64,000 nucleotides of DNA from Alphaproteobacteria bacterium (GTDB lineage: Bacteria > Pseudomonadota > Alphaproteobacteria > UBA828), in NCBI GenBank assembly GCA_965214705.1, contig CBDCCI010000002.1:736001-800000 (forward strand). Direction: 5' to 3'. Of this stretch, positions 20,002 to 31,049 are shown piece by piece. The notes beneath the pieces are model-generated. The model did not search any database. It was not told where the DNA came from and saw only the letters and a list, made by a program, of their open reading frames with translations. The translations under genes were made by a program, and so were the position numbers. Positions within the stretch are counted from its first letter, which is position 1. Each line of letters begins with the position of its first letter.

Positions 20002-20433
20002 TCAGTCAGCCCGTTCCACCGTGAACTTGTTCGACAGCTTAGCATTGCGGCCGCTGGTCGTAATCGTCGTCCTGTCGAAGGGAAAGTAATCCACATATTC
20101 AGTGTTGCACGGCGGGTCATGCCGATAAATCAATGCCGCCTCGACCCTTTTGCGATCCAAGGACCGGATCCCTGCCTGACTAACGCACAACTCTTCGCTT
20201 CGCCCAAGTTGTTTTACCCACACGTCTCGGCGCTTCTTTGGCTCTTCCGGTACACGCCTTCCGACGTCACCTGCCTCACCAATGTACAACAGCCTTCTTA
20301 TGGATACAGTATCCTTATCCGAATTATACCGACATGCGTAAACGCAATAAATTCCCGATATGGCCGGCAATCCCTCCCAGTCTTGCTCTAGCAGATAGCC
20401 TGCGAATTTCAGCGTGTAGCTTTTCTCAGCCAA
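20002..20433 (-). CDS. GIY-YIG nuclease-like protein
   Basis: SGIY...LYIGE...R...E and HDPPCN motifs. Confidence 0.75.
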   Translation of the reverse strand: MAEKSYTLKFAGYLLEQDWEGLPAISGIYCVYACRYNSDKDTVSIRRLLYIGEAGDVGRRVPEEPKKRRDVWVKQLGRSEELCVSQAGIRSLDRKRVEAALIYRHDPPCNTEYVDYFPFDRTTITTSGRNAKLSNKFTVERAD

Positions 20434-20745
20434 CTTTCTCTCCTCTTCCGCATCTAACTCTTACAGCGCTCTACCGGTGTTCCCTAGCACTCGCCGGAGC
20501 AACATCCCAGTGCGAGGTAATGGTTGCAGATCTCCTGCTGCTCCGCACAACGCTCGTCTCAGCCAGTCTCCGATCCTGCTGCGCAAACCATCACTTAGAC
20601 TTCTACCAAAGTCACCCTTCGGTTTGTATCCTTGCTGCCGCTCGCGTCAACTTTCTTGAGGATGCAGCCGACATCTCGAATTCCCAAGGCAGTCCAAGCG
20701 GCGAGCGCCTTTAACACACCGTGCGGGGTCACGCACGAATCTCAT

Positions 20746-21927
20746 TCATGCCTCCGGTGCGCTGGTCTGGTTCGCTTCCTTACCTTCATCGTTGATTGCC
20801 TGTTGCAGTGATGAAGCGATCCGCTCCGACGCCCGCTGCAGGGGATCGTCCGCGAGATGCGCGTACCGCGCTGTGGTCTGAGCCTGTGTGTGGCCGAGTA
20901 TCCGCCCCACCATCGGCAGGCTCTCGCCTCCCATCACCGCCTCGGAGGCGAACGTGTGCCTGAGGTCATGGATGCGCACGTCCTCGAGCCCGGCCGCCTT
21001 GCGGACTCGCCGCCACGGCTTCTGCAGATCAGTCAGATGCGCGCCCTCTGCGGTCCCGGTGATGACGTAGGGGTTACCCTCGACACGCTTCGTGCCGGCC
21101 AGAACCTCCAGCGCCGGCCCGTTGAGGGGGATCGTCTTGGCACCCGTCTTCGAATCCGGCAAGTGGATACGGTGCCCCCGGATGTGTTCCCACTTTAGCG
21201 TCTGGATCTCCGACAGGCGTGCGCCCGTGTACAGCAGCAGCCGAAACGCCGTCACCGCCGACGGCGCGAACGACTCTTCCTCATCCAGTGCCTTGCCCAG
21301 ACGCGCCAGCTCGTCCGCCGTCAGGAACCGCTCGCGTTTCTTCTCCTTGTACTTGCGGACGTGATAGCACGGATTCGAGCGATCCGGTCGCAGGCCCCAC
21401 GCCTCGGCCTGGTTCATCATCTTCGACACCACCCCCAACGTCCGGTTGGCCTGATAGGGCTTCTCCCGCATCTCGTGATGCAGCGCCGCCACGTCGTCAC
21501 GTCCCAGAGCCGTCACCTTGATCGAGCCCAGCGCCGGCAGGATGTAGCGCTCCACGGCATGCCGGTACTCCACCCCAGTTCGCGGCTTGCAGTGATCCGG
21601 CACGTATTCCTTGAGGAACCGGTCGGCGAGCTCGGCCACCGTGGGCGACAGGCGCTCGGCCTCCTTCTCCTTGTTCGGGTTCCTGCCCTCGTCGATGTCG
21701 GCGATGATCTTGCGTGCGCGCGCCTTGGCCTCCTCGAACGGCACGAGGCCATGGCGCCCGATCTGCACGCGGATGGTCTTCCCCCGCCGGAAGGTCTGGG
21801 CGACGTAGCGCCTGCCGCCATTGGGATACACCCTGGCGCCGAAGCCCTTCAGCTGGTCGTCCCAGACGAAATACTCCTTCTCGCGGACGGGGAGGGCGTC
21901 GATGTGTCGCTTTGTCAGCCTGGGCAT
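20746..21927 (-). CDS. Tyrosine integrase with arm-binding domain
   Basis: TGARLSEI, HDLRH and LGHT...TARY motifs; adjacent to the att site. Confidence 0.92.
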   Translation of the reverse strand: MPRLTKRHIDALPVREKEYFVWDDQLKGFGARVYPNGGRRYVAQTFRRGKTIRVQIGRHGLVPFEEAKARARKIIADIDEGRNPNKEKEAERLSPTVAELADRFLKEYVPDHCKPRTGVEYRHAVERYILPALGSIKVTALGRDDVAALHHEMREKPYQANRTLGVVSKMMNQAEAWGLRPDRSNPCYHVRKYKEKKRERFLTADELARLGKALDEEESFAPSAVTAFRLLLYTGARLSEIQTLKWEHIRGHRIHLPDSKTGAKTIPLNGPALEVLAGTKRVEGNPYVITGTAEGAHLTDLQKPWRRVRKAAGLEDVRIHDLRHTFASEAVMGGESLPMVGRILGHTQAQTTARYAHLADDPLQRASERIASSLQQAINDEGKEANQTSAPEA

Positions 21928-22087
21928 GAATCGATCTCGGAATGCATTCGGAACTTTACTTTCGGCGCTTCCTGTCTACTCTAGTCCGCTCGCGGCCGCA
22001 AGCAGGAGGATGTAAGCCGTTGGCATATAGGAAGAAAGTAACCTCCAGTCCGTTCTAGTCCGTTCCTGTCCAATGCCGATTATCTAC

Positions 22088-22132
22088 CTCATAACCTGAA
22101 GGTCGTAGATTCAAATCCTACCCCCGCAACCA
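22088..22132 (+). other. att site: 3' half of tRNA-Met(CAT)
   Basis: CTCATAACCTGAAGGTCGTAGATTCAAATCCTACCCCCGCAACCA; no 5' half; one T-stem mismatch. Confidence 0.88.
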
Positions 22133-23771
22133 CCGAGACCGACATTCCCGAAATGGGCGTGTCGGTCTTTTCTTTTTCGGCTCCGCTTCCCGTCCACTCC
22201 AGTATCCTGCCGAGCTCGCCGCGCAGCGTGACCTGGAGTTCGCCGCGCTTTTCGCCTGGCGTCAGCACGATCCCGTCGATCAATCCGCGGATCGCAGCCG
22301 CGGCTGCATCACGTTCTTCCGGCTTGCCGAGGGCGTTCGCGAGACGCGCCACCTTGCGGCGATAGACGCCGGCGACGTTGGGGTGGATGTCCGGGATCTC
22401 GGCAGGAACCGTTGCGAGCCGTTTCGTCAACTCCACCTTTCGCGCTTCAAGCTTGTGCAGCCGTTCCTTGAGCACGGCGCTGTAGGCGCCGTCCTGGATG
22501 GCGTCGACGATCCCCTCGATGTTCTTCTCGACGTCGGCCAGCTCCCTGCGTTCCGCCTCGCTTGACGCAGAGCGTTCGCGGTTGAGCCGGTTGGTCTCCT
22601 CCGCCCAGGCGCGCACCGCTGCGTCAGCTGCCTCGGGCGCCATGAGGTGATCCTTGAGACCGACCAGGACGCGCTCCTCGAGTTCGGTGCGGCGAATGCC
22701 CTGGCTGTTCGAGCAACTCCCGTTCATGACGTGGTTGGAGCAGCCGTAGCGGTCCTGCCCGCGCATGGCATAGGGACCGCCGAAGGCGCCGCATTCCAGG
22801 AGGCCGGAGAGGAGATGCCGGGGACGATGGGTGCCGTTCAGGCGATTGGCACGCGCCGTGCGCGTGGCCTCGATGACGGTGGCGTATTTCGCGGTGAGTT
22901 CTTCCTGGCGCTGCTTCACCGCCTGCCATAGCTCGTCGTCGACGATGCGGAGCTCGGGGACCTCCGCGACGATCCATTCCTCGCGCGGGTTGATCCGCGA
23001 CACCCGCTTGCCGGTCTCCGGGTTCTTGACGTAGCGCAGCCGGTTCCAGACCAGGCGTCCGATATAGAGCTCGTTGTTGATCAGCCCGGTGCCGCGCTTC
23101 ACCTGGCCCCGGATGGTGGAGTCGGTCCAGAGCTTGCCCGAAGGACAGGGGATCTTCTCGGCATTCAGGCGCCTGGCGATCGTCCGCGGACTGACGCCCG
23201 AGGTGAAGTCCCGGAATACGCGCCGCACCACATTGGCCTCGACCTCGTTGATCGTGCGCTCGCCCCGCACCGGCTCGCCGGCGGCGGCATCGAAGGTCGT
23301 GACGACGTCGTAGCCGTAGCAGAGCCCGCCGCCCGAGCGGCCCTTCTCCACCCGGCCGCGCAGCCCGCGATGCGTCTTGGCCGCGAGGTCCTTCAGGAAG
23401 AGCGCGTTCATCGTGCCCTTGAGCCCCACGTGCAGTTCGTTGATCTCACCCTCGGCGAGCGTGACGATCATCACCCGGGCGAACTGAAGGTGCTTGAACA
23501 GTGCCGAGACGTCGGCCTGGTCCCGGCTCATCCTGTCGAGCGCCTCCGCCACCACGACATCGAAGGCGCCGGAGCGGGCATCCGCCAGCAGCGCCTGGAT
23601 GCCCGGGCGCAGGATCATGCTGTCGCCCGAGATCGCCGCGTCGCGGTAGGTGTCCACGATTGTCCAGCCCGCGCGCTCGGCGTGGTCCCGGCAGATCCGG
23701 AACTGGTCCTCGATCGAGGCCGCGCTCTGAAGGTCCGAGGAGTAGCGGGCGTAGAGGGCGGCGCGGATCAT
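22089..23771 (-). CDS. Large serine recombinase
   Basis: YARYSS catalytic motif, DRMSR, recombinase domain, Zn-ribbon and coiled coil; C-terminus read from the antisense tRNA sequence. Confidence 0.92.
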   Translation of the reverse strand: MIRAALYARYSSDLQSAASIEDQFRICRDHAERAGWTIVDTYRDAAISGDSMILRPGIQALLADARSGAFDVVVAEALDRMSRDQADVSALFKHLQFARVMIVTLAEGEINELHVGLKGTMNALFLKDLAAKTHRGLRGRVEKGRSGGGLCYGYDVVTTFDAAAGEPVRGERTINEVEANVVRRVFRDFTSGVSPRTIARRLNAEKIPCPSGKLWTDSTIRGQVKRGTGLINNELYIGRLVWNRLRYVKNPETGKRVSRINPREEWIVAEVPELRIVDDELWQAVKQRQEELTAKYATVIEATRTARANRLNGTHRPRHLLSGLLECGAFGGPYAMRGQDRYGCSNHVMNGSCSNSQGIRRTELEERVLVGLKDHLMAPEAADAAVRAWAEETNRLNRERSASSEAERRELADVEKNIEGIVDAIQDGAYSAVLKERLHKLEARKVELTKRLATVPAEIPDIHPNVAGVYRRKVARLANALGKPEERDAAAAAIRGLIDGIVLTPGEKRGELQVTLRGELGRILEWTGSGAEKEKTDTPISGMSVSVVAGVGFESTTFRL

Positions 23772-23772
23772 G

Positions 23773-23973
23773 TCATCGCTCCTTCCGGTCTCCGGTCTCC
23801 TTGACCGGCGTATTGTCGTTGGCCGAAACCTGCCGCTCGAACTGCTCGCGGGCGATCTGGCGTCCGAGCAGGCGGGCGATGGTCAGCACGGCGGACCGGA
23901 CCCGGGCCTCGGCCGCGCCGTTGTCGTTGGCGCCAACGCGGTCCCTGGACCGACCGCTTCCGTTTCTTCCCAT
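23773..23973 (-). CDS. Small ANDN-motif protein upstream of the serine recombinase
   Basis: IARLLGRQIAREQF...ANDN; directly abuts the recombinase start. Confidence 0.6.
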   Translation of the reverse strand: MGRNGSGRSRDRVGANDNGAAEARVRSAVLTIARLLGRQIAREQFERQVSANDNTPVKETGDRKER

Positions 23974-24190
23974 AACGCCCCGCCTCCCCGCAACATCGGC
24001 CCATATGAAGGGCGATCTTTGGGACGAGGCGAGTATTGTCAAGGGATTTAGTCAGTGGTATCAATGGGTTAGATCATACCCTTGGCCGTGGGTGGCCGCG
24101 CCGGGACCCCCTGCGGCCCTGCCTGGCCCGGTGAAAAATTCCTGGCGGGGACGGCGCAGGCGACGGTTCGGGCGGTGTTCGCAGCCGGTC

Positions 24191-24457
24191 TCACGATCCG
24201 CCCCGCCGATAGGCGTCCCGGCGGTGCGCGACGCGGACGACCAGGACGACGAGTTCCTCGTCCCGGATTTCGTACACGACGCGGTAGTCTCCCGTCCGGA
24301 GACGCCGCAGTCCCCGAAGGTCGCCCTTCAGCGGCGCTCCGAGATGGGGGGTCTCGGCCAGCCGGTCGATGGCTGCGACGATGCGCGTCCGGTCCGCCCC
24401 GGCGATCCGCCGGAGCTCCCTGGCCGCGCTCCCCTTAATCCGTATCGAGTAGTTCAC
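24191..24457 (-). CDS. RelE/ParE-family toxin
   Basis: LKGDLRGLRRLRTGDYRVVY. Confidence 0.88.
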   Translation of the reverse strand: MNYSIRIKGSAARELRRIAGADRTRIVAAIDRLAETPHLGAPLKGDLRGLRRLRTGDYRVVYEIRDEELVVLVVRVAHRRDAYRRGGS

Positions 24458-24659
24458 GCCGGACCTGGTCCCAGTCCAGCACCGGATCGCTCGGATCGCG
24501 GAGCCGGTCGATGGCGGCGGAGAGATCGTCGAAGTCTTCGAGGTAGTGCTCGACGGCGAGGCGGATCACGTCCGCCCGGCTGCGCCGGAGCTGCTGCGCG
24601 GCCGCATCCAGCGCATCGACCACTGGGTCCGGCAATCGCGCTGTCACCTGTTGGGGCAT
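24435..24659 (-). CDS. Ribbon-helix-helix antitoxin
   Basis: VTARLPD...SRADVIRLAVEHYLED; overlaps the toxin. Confidence 0.85.
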   Translation of the reverse strand: MPQQVTARLPDPVVDALDAAAQQLRRSRADVIRLAVEHYLEDFDDLSAAIDRLRDPSDPVLDWDQVRRELLDTD

Positions 24660-25105
24660 GGCAGTACCGTATGAGTAGAAGTGAGTGACATTAATCTACT
24701 GCACTCCAACCACTCGGTCAATTGAGATTGAAAGCGAAACGAGCAGGTGGAGAGAACCTTGCCGATCATGCTTCCGCAGGCGTCGGTGATGACGACGGTA
24801 AAGTGCGTGCATCCGGTGCGTGACTCTGAGCGCATGGTGGCGAGTATCCACCACTAACATAGACGCCGTCGATTCCGTCCATTGCCTGCCACGCTGGTTT
24901 ACGCGGTGTCGCCGTAAACTTCCCATAGGTCAGTGGCGAGACTCGCGCTCGGCGGTCCCGCGCGGAGCCGCAACCACGGCGACGAGCGACGGCGCGGTGC
25001 TCGGCGTTGCGTCGGGGCTCGTCACGGCTCGTCACGGCTGGAGCTTTCTCGATATGGCTGTAGCCCGCTCGAATGAAGCCCGCTATCATATGACCAGTTT
25101 CATGA

Positions 25106-25360
<255 letters not shown>

Positions 25361-25378
25361 GATCGGCAGTCGGTTCCA

Positions 25379-25828
25379 ATGCGCTATTTCGACACCAGTT
25401 TCCTCGTTCCCCTCGTCCTGCCCGAGGCGACCAGTGAACCGATCACGGGTTTCTTCGAGGGCCTGCCGGCGGACGCTCTGGCGGTCAGCCATTGGACCCG
25501 GGTCGAGTTCGCCTCGCTGCTTGCCCGCGAGGTTCGCACGGGCGGTCTGGAAGCGGCGGTGGCACGCGAGGCGGGTTCACAGTTCGAAACAATCATCGAG
25601 GAGTCTTTTGTCGTCTTGTTGCCAAACCGCGACGACTTCGATCGGGCCAGGGAATGGCTGAGCCGTTTCGAGACCGGACTGAGGGCCGGGGACGCGTTGC
25701 ACCTCGCCATCGCGAGCAACCGCGGAGCGGAGGCGATCTACAGCCTGGACAAGGTGATGATCGCGGCCGGGAAGACGCTGCGTGTGCCGACCAGCGCAGG
25801 GGTCCGTCTCCCGGGTTATGACGATTGA
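25379..25828 (+). CDS. VapC PIN-domain toxin
   Basis: YFDTS, LRAGDALHLA and SLD motifs. Confidence 0.9.
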   Translation: MRYFDTSFLVPLVLPEATSEPITGFFEGLPADALAVSHWTRVEFASLLAREVRTGGLEAAVAREAGSQFETIIEESFVVLLPNRDDFDRAREWLSRFETGLRAGDALHLAIASNRGAEAIYSLDKVMIAAGKTLRVPTSAGVRLPGYDD

Positions 25829-25889
25829 TGGCATCCTTGTCGTGTTCGAATTGATGCGGCCCGCGCTCGACAGAGAGTAAGGTGCGCCC

Positions 25890-26159
25890 GTGGAAAGGCG
25901 CAAAGTCCGGTTCGACACCCACGCCTCCTTCAAGAAGCTCGTCGCCGCGGGCATACCGAGGCAGCAAGCCGACGCCTATGTGTGTCTGCTCATCCGGCTG
26001 ATCGGGCAGAAAATCGCGAGCGACAGGCATCTCGACGAACCGTTGCAAACGGCGCAACGCGAATTTCGGTTCGACACCGCCGCCGCCGAGGAGCTCGTCG
26101 CCGCAGGCTTTCCCGAACCGCAAGGCGACGCACTGGTGTGTCGCTCGTCCAGTTCATGA
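25890..26159 (+). pseudogene. DUF1640-like fragment with duplicated FDT..LVAAG unit
   Basis: FDTHASFKKLVAAGIPRQQA and FDTAAAEELVAAGFPEPQG. Confidence 0.5.
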
Positions 26160-26199
26160 AGTGCAGGCTCGCAATTACCGCCGTCATTTGACATCTCGA

Positions 26200-26405
26200 C
26201 AAGCCGGCAAGACGTCTCCGGACCGTCTGGCTGTCGCAGCCCGCGAGGGACATCCTCGATGCCATGGAGCGAAGGGGCCGTTGAGTTTTCCGTCGTCTCC
26301 CGGCACCGGCCCCGTCGGCAAGGCTTGGCTGCACGGCTTCTGGTGGCGGGTCCGCGAGGAAGCGGATTTGTCCGACGTGCGCCTTCACGAGTGCCACCAT
26401 ACTTG
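26200..26405 (+). pseudogene. Degenerate tyrosine-integrase fragment
   Basis: WWRVREEADLSDVRLHECHHT resembles WRRVR...DVRIHDLRHT. Confidence 0.6.
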
Positions 26406-26457
26406 TGTTGTTGGCGCGGATCGTTCCGCGAGCAGCCCTATCGCCGTGACCCGATCT

Positions 26458-26709
26458 TCAGTGCGAACCGCCTTTGGGTGTTTGAATGAGCTCGATGTCC
26501 GAGCCGTCCAGCACCCGCCTGGCCGTCTCCTGCAGGACCATCGCCATGTTGATCGCCCGCTCGGGCGTCACGTAAAACGTCAGCTTCTCCGGTTGCTCCT
26601 CCCCCTCCCTTTGCGCCTCCAGAAAGATGGCCAGGTGTCCGCTGGGCGCGACACCCACGTTGAACATCGTAAGCGGCGGAACTTCAATGATGTGCTCGTC
26701 CTCGGGCAT
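26458..26709 (-). CDS. Hypothetical protein (83 aa)
   Basis: GGAGG RBS before MPEDEHII. Confidence 0.55.
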   Translation of the reverse strand: MPEDEHIIEVPPLTMFNVGVAPSGHLAIFLEAQREGEEQPEKLTFYVTPERAINMAMVLQETARRVLDGSDIELIQTPKGGSH

Positions 26710-27194
26710 CACCGCCTCCCTGTTCCATCTGGCCGAACTGTCCCGCATGGTAACGTGCAGGTTGGGGAGTCCCGTCTCATCCGACCCGTTCTCCGCGCTC
26801 CTCGGTCCGCTAACGACCAGTGTGCATAACCGAGGTCCGTCGCAGCTGCCTTTGTGTCGTCGATCATGGGGCGTTCCAACCGTAAGGGTCACAAGAGCGG
26901 AGCATGCACAGCATTTTCCGAATTGTCCTGCGGGTTCTCGCCGAGGCGCAGTCCAAGGCAATACTGTTGCGAGGTGCCGAACGGCCGAGTGCCAGGCCTG
27001 CTGTCACACCGCGCCCGCCCGCTAATCGAGATCGTCACCGGCCGGGAGCACGGCCCCTATGACAGCGAGGCCGATGTTGCGCTCTGCCTTGGCGACGGCA
27101 AGATCGGCGAAGACGTTGCTGCTGCCGCGTTGCACGGGCGTGTCGGGGGTTTCCATGGTTTCAAGCCCCACGAAGCGCGAGACGATACACGCCG

Positions 27195-27902
27195 TCAGTC
27201 GCTCTCGCGCGTAGTCTGCCGTTTTCCCAACGCCCAGCTCATGAGATCGGTGCGGGTATAGACGATCCTGCCATGAAACCTGTGATAGGCCGGGTCCACG
27301 CCCCTCGAACGATACCGGACCAGCGTACGTCGCGCGAGGCCGAGCAGCGCCGCGGCTTCGCTGGTGTCGAGGAATTCCCGGCGGTGGTGCGCCGGAGGGT
27401 CTTCAGCGTCTGTGTCGGACACTCGGAAGGCACTGCCCTTTTTCCTCTCGGCGTGCGACATCGGGTTCGCGACGGCGCCGCATGTCGACTCGCCGCCGTC
27501 TTCGAGCATCCCGGCGATGACCGCGCGCTGCGAAGGGTCGGCGGCGCGGTCCATGTACTCACGCGCTTGTTGAACGGCAGCAAGCCGAACCGATCGCTGG
27601 GTCCCGAGCCTGCTTACGAACCGGGCAGAGCCGACGGCGTCGATTCCGAACCTCTCCGGCCTCGTTCCAGTGACCTCGAGAAAGGTTTCGACATCGCGCT
27701 TGAAGGTGGGGCCGATCGGCACTTCGCCCATGAAGCGAAGCACGCGGTCCGCGGTATTGAGCGTCATCGTCCGTTGCACGCCGAGCCGTCGCACGAAATC
27801 GGGTCGACCGAGCGCGCGCCTGCCGAACTCTTCGTCCGCGATCCCGGTGCGCGCCAGATAGTCCGAGACCTTGGTGCGGATGTCCGCCATCAGGTCCGTC
27901 AT
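27195..27902 (-). CDS. Regulator with two Cro-like repeats and a C-terminal excisionase-type HTH
   Basis: Duplicated FG..A.G...FV.RL unit; LDTSEAAALLGLARRTL...Y. Confidence 0.7.
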   Translation of the reverse strand: MTDLMADIRTKVSDYLARTGIADEEFGRRALGRPDFVRRLGVQRTMTLNTADRVLRFMGEVPIGPTFKRDVETFLEVTGTRPERFGIDAVGSARFVSRLGTQRSVRLAAVQQAREYMDRAADPSQRAVIAGMLEDGGESTCGAVANPMSHAERKKGSAFRVSDTDAEDPPAHHRREFLDTSEAAALLGLARRTLVRYRSRGVDPAYHRFHGRIVYTRTDLMSWALGKRQTTRESD

Positions 27903-28403
27903 GGGGCTTGCTCTAATCCGGACTCGAACCCGAGCGCTGCCGCGAGCGGTGAAGCGCCGACCGGTCAGCGCAGTTCAAGATGGTTGCCCTTGCGTCTTGC
28001 CCATTCCCAGGCCAGGAGATCGGCCCGGAAATACCGCACATGCGTTCCCAGCTTGCAATAAGTGGGGCCGCCCCCGACGGCCCGGAAGCGGGACAGCGTG
28101 AGCGGCTTCAGGTTGACAATGGCCGCGGCCTCCGCCGGGGTGAGCAGGATCTTCTCTTCGATCGCGCGAATGGATTCTCCCGCAAGGGCTCCGCCGCCGC
28201 CATCGGCGCGCGGCTTCCCCTCGACCAGCGCGTTCAAGGCGCCCGGGTCCGGATTGAGGAGGGGATCGGGCGCGTCGGGGTCGGCGATCGCCTGAGCGAT
28301 CGCCACACGTTCTCCGTGGCTCGCGGTTTCGCGCATCCAGGTCCGCACCTTCTGGACGGTGTCCAATCGAGGCGTCGAGCCCCCGTTCAGCCTGTGCACG
28401 AAA

Positions 28404-30563
28404 CCCAAGTTGGCACTTTTTCCGGTTGCTCAATGCCGGTCTGCCCATATTTTGCGGACCGAAGTACCACATATTGGGGTAGCTCCGAGATGATGCCACT
28501 ATATGTGTAATTGAGGCGCTGGAAGCGCGTTGTAGTGCCAGGATTTGTTAGGTATTGACGATTTTCCCTTGACCCCAGACCCCAAGCCGACAAATCTTGG
28601 CCCCTCGCAACAATCTCGCGACGGGCGACATGTTCATCAGGGCAACCAAGACCCACACCACCGACGGCAAGCCCGTCCGAAGCCATCGCCTCGTGCTCTC
28701 CCAGCGCATCGGCGACAAGGTCAGGCAGCGCACGCTCCTCAACCTCGGCACCGACTATCCGGTGCCGAAGGAGAAATGGCGCGAAGTGGCCGAACTCGCC
28801 GAGGCGCTGCTGCACGGCCGCCCGCCGCTGCTCCAAGCCGTCCCGGACGTGCAGGCCGCAGCCGAGGACATCGTCGCCAAGCTCAGGGCCAGGGGGTTCC
28901 GTGCCGAGGCGATGCAGGAAGAGGCGCGCAAGCCCGAGATCGCCACCGTCGACCTCGATACCCTGGAGCATGAGAACCCGCGCACCGTCGGCTGCGAGCG
29001 CCTGTGCCTCAAGGCCCTCGACGACCTTGGCTTCGCCGAAATCCTCCACGGCCTCGACATCAAGGGCCGCGACGGACGCATCGCCAGCGCGCTGATCGTC
29101 GCCAGGATGGTCCATCCCGCCAGCGAGCGTGATACCAGCCGCTGGCTCCGCCACGACAGCGCGGCCGCCGAGCTCCTGGGCCTGGAGGGCGACCGCAAGG
29201 CGCTGCGGCGCAAGACGCTCTACCGCATCGGCGACCTGCTCTGGCGCCACCGGGCCGCCATCCAGAGGGAACTGTTCAACCGTGAGCGCGCGCTGCTCGA
29301 CCTGCCCGAGACGATCGCCTTCTACGATCTCACCAACGTCCACTACCACGGCCACACCGACGGCGAGCTTCCCAGGTTCGGGCGCTCCAAGCAGAAGCGC
29401 GACGACTGTCCCCTCATCACGCTGGCGCTGGCGCTCGACGGTGCGGGCTTCCCGCGCAGTTGCGAGATCCTGCCCGGCAACGTGAGCGAGCCGGGCACGC
29501 TGCACGAGGCGCTGGCCCGGCTCGAGGCGGTGTGCGGCGGCACGGCGGCGAAGCCCACGGTGGTCATGGACGCGGGCATCGCCACCGAGGAGAACATCGT
29601 CTGGCTGGGCGAGCAGGGCTACGACTGGATCGCGGTCAGCCGCGGTGCCAGGCCTGCGCCGCCCGAGGGCGGACCCGAGGCCCTGCTGATCACCAGCGCG
29701 CGCCACGAGGTGCGGGCCTGGCGGCTTGCCAGCGAGGACGGCGAGGCGCGGCTCTACGTCGTCAGCGAGGGCAAGAAGAAGGCCGAGAACGCGATCATCG
29801 GCCTGAGGCGGAACCGCTTCGAGGCGGCGCTGCAAAGGCTCCACGGCGGCCTTGCGGTCAAGGGCCGCCTCAAGCGCTACGACAAGGTGCTGGAGAGCAT
29901 AGGCCGCCTCAAGCAGCGCTTCTCCGCCGTCGCCAGGCACTACGAGATCACGGTCGAGAAGGCGGACACCGGCCCCAATGCCACCGCCGTGCGCTTCAAG
30001 CGCAGGCCGCGATACGACGAGGCCGATGAGGGCGCGGGCGCCTATGTGCTGCGCACCAGCCACGTCGACTGGGATATCGAGACGGTCCTGCGGACGTACT
30101 GGCGGATCACGGATATCGAGGCGACATTCCGAAGCCTGAAATCCGAACTCGGCCTTCGCCCGATCTGGCACCAGCTCGACCGGCGCATCGCGGCCCACCT
30201 GCTGATCGCCGTGCTGGCCTACCACGCCGTGCATCTGATCCGTACCCGGCTGGCCGCGCGGGACATCCACAAGTGCTGGGCATCGATCCGCGAGAGCATG
30301 CGGACCTGGGTGCGGATCACCACGCGCCTGCGCCAGACCGACGGCACCTTGATCGTCAATCGACAGGACACGCGCCCGGCCGCTGAGGTTGCCGCAATCT
30401 CCTCGGCGGCGGGCGTGGAACCCGCCATCCACCGCACGAGGACCCGCCTGCCGAACTGACAGAATCCAACAAAATGTAGTGCCATGTTGGAACCGGCCGA
30501 GAGAAATATCGCGTTACATCAACACGATAAAGGACATGGGTAGGACAAAAGTGCCAACTTGGG
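28404..30563 (+). mobile_element. IS1634-like element, copy B (diverged isoform, 2160 bp)
   Basis: Same terminal IR; TSD GAAA. Confidence 0.9.
28630..30459 (+). CDS. IS1634-family transposase
   Basis: Highly similar to copies A and C. Confidence 0.9.
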   Translation: MFIRATKTHTTDGKPVRSHRLVLSQRIGDKVRQRTLLNLGTDYPVPKEKWREVAELAEALLHGRPPLLQAVPDVQAAAEDIVAKLRARGFRAEAMQEEARKPEIATVDLDTLEHENPRTVGCERLCLKALDDLGFAEILHGLDIKGRDGRIASALIVARMVHPASERDTSRWLRHDSAAAELLGLEGDRKALRRKTLYRIGDLLWRHRAAIQRELFNRERALLDLPETIAFYDLTNVHYHGHTDGELPRFGRSKQKRDDCPLITLALALDGAGFPRSCEILPGNVSEPGTLHEALARLEAVCGGTAAKPTVVMDAGIATEENIVWLGEQGYDWIAVSRGARPAPPEGGPEALLITSARHEVRAWRLASEDGEARLYVVSEGKKKAENAIIGLRRNRFEAALQRLHGGLAVKGRLKRYDKVLESIGRLKQRFSAVARHYEITVEKADTGPNATAVRFKRRPRYDEADEGAGAYVLRTSHVDWDIETVLRTYWRITDIEATFRSLKSELGLRPIWHQLDRRIAAHLLIAVLAYHAVHLIRTRLAARDIHKCWASIRESMRTWVRITTRLRQTDGTLIVNRQDTRPAAEVAAISSAAGVEPAIHRTRTRLPN

Positions 30564-31049
30564 GAAAGATGGATCTCTGAGAGCCAGTTGCCCGAGCGCG
30601 GTGCCGTTGGTGCCGGAGACGACGAGGAAGGCCGCAATCTCGGCCCGGAATGCCGGACCGATCTCCGGTTCGTCCATGAAGCGGAGTACCCGGTCGGCGG
30701 TGTCCATCGTCGGCGCAGCCCCCTTGCGGAGGTTCGTAACGAACTCGCCGTGGCCGGCGGCATCCCTGCCGAACTTGGCGTCATTCAGTGACGATCGGCG
30801 GAGAAAGGCCAGGACCAGGTTCCGGAAGTTGGTTTCGAGGCTCGTCACCGGAGCTCCCTTCGGTCCGGCTCCGAACCCGCGCATCGACCGGCAAGAGGCC
30901 GGCCGGCGATGAAGTCTGGGTCGACGCGCATTCCCGAGGATTGTCTGCTCTTCGGTGCCGATAGGCGGTGGCCTGGAGAATCGACCGCTCCCGACGACGA
31001 TGGGTAGGCATCCGGTGAGGATCGCCTTGGCGAATCGGCAGGGCTGAGA

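Larger units (their letters stand above)
27965..30848 (-). pseudogene. Paralog of 27195-27902 interrupted by IS1634 copy B
   Basis: Removing the IS and one GAAA restores ...LRDPSF|VHRLNGG...; shares TADRVLRFMxE..IGP.F. Confidence 0.8.

Noticed and set aside
22088-22132. Functional tRNA-Met gene
   Set aside because: The 5' half is absent and the T-stem has a mismatch; treated as an att remnant.
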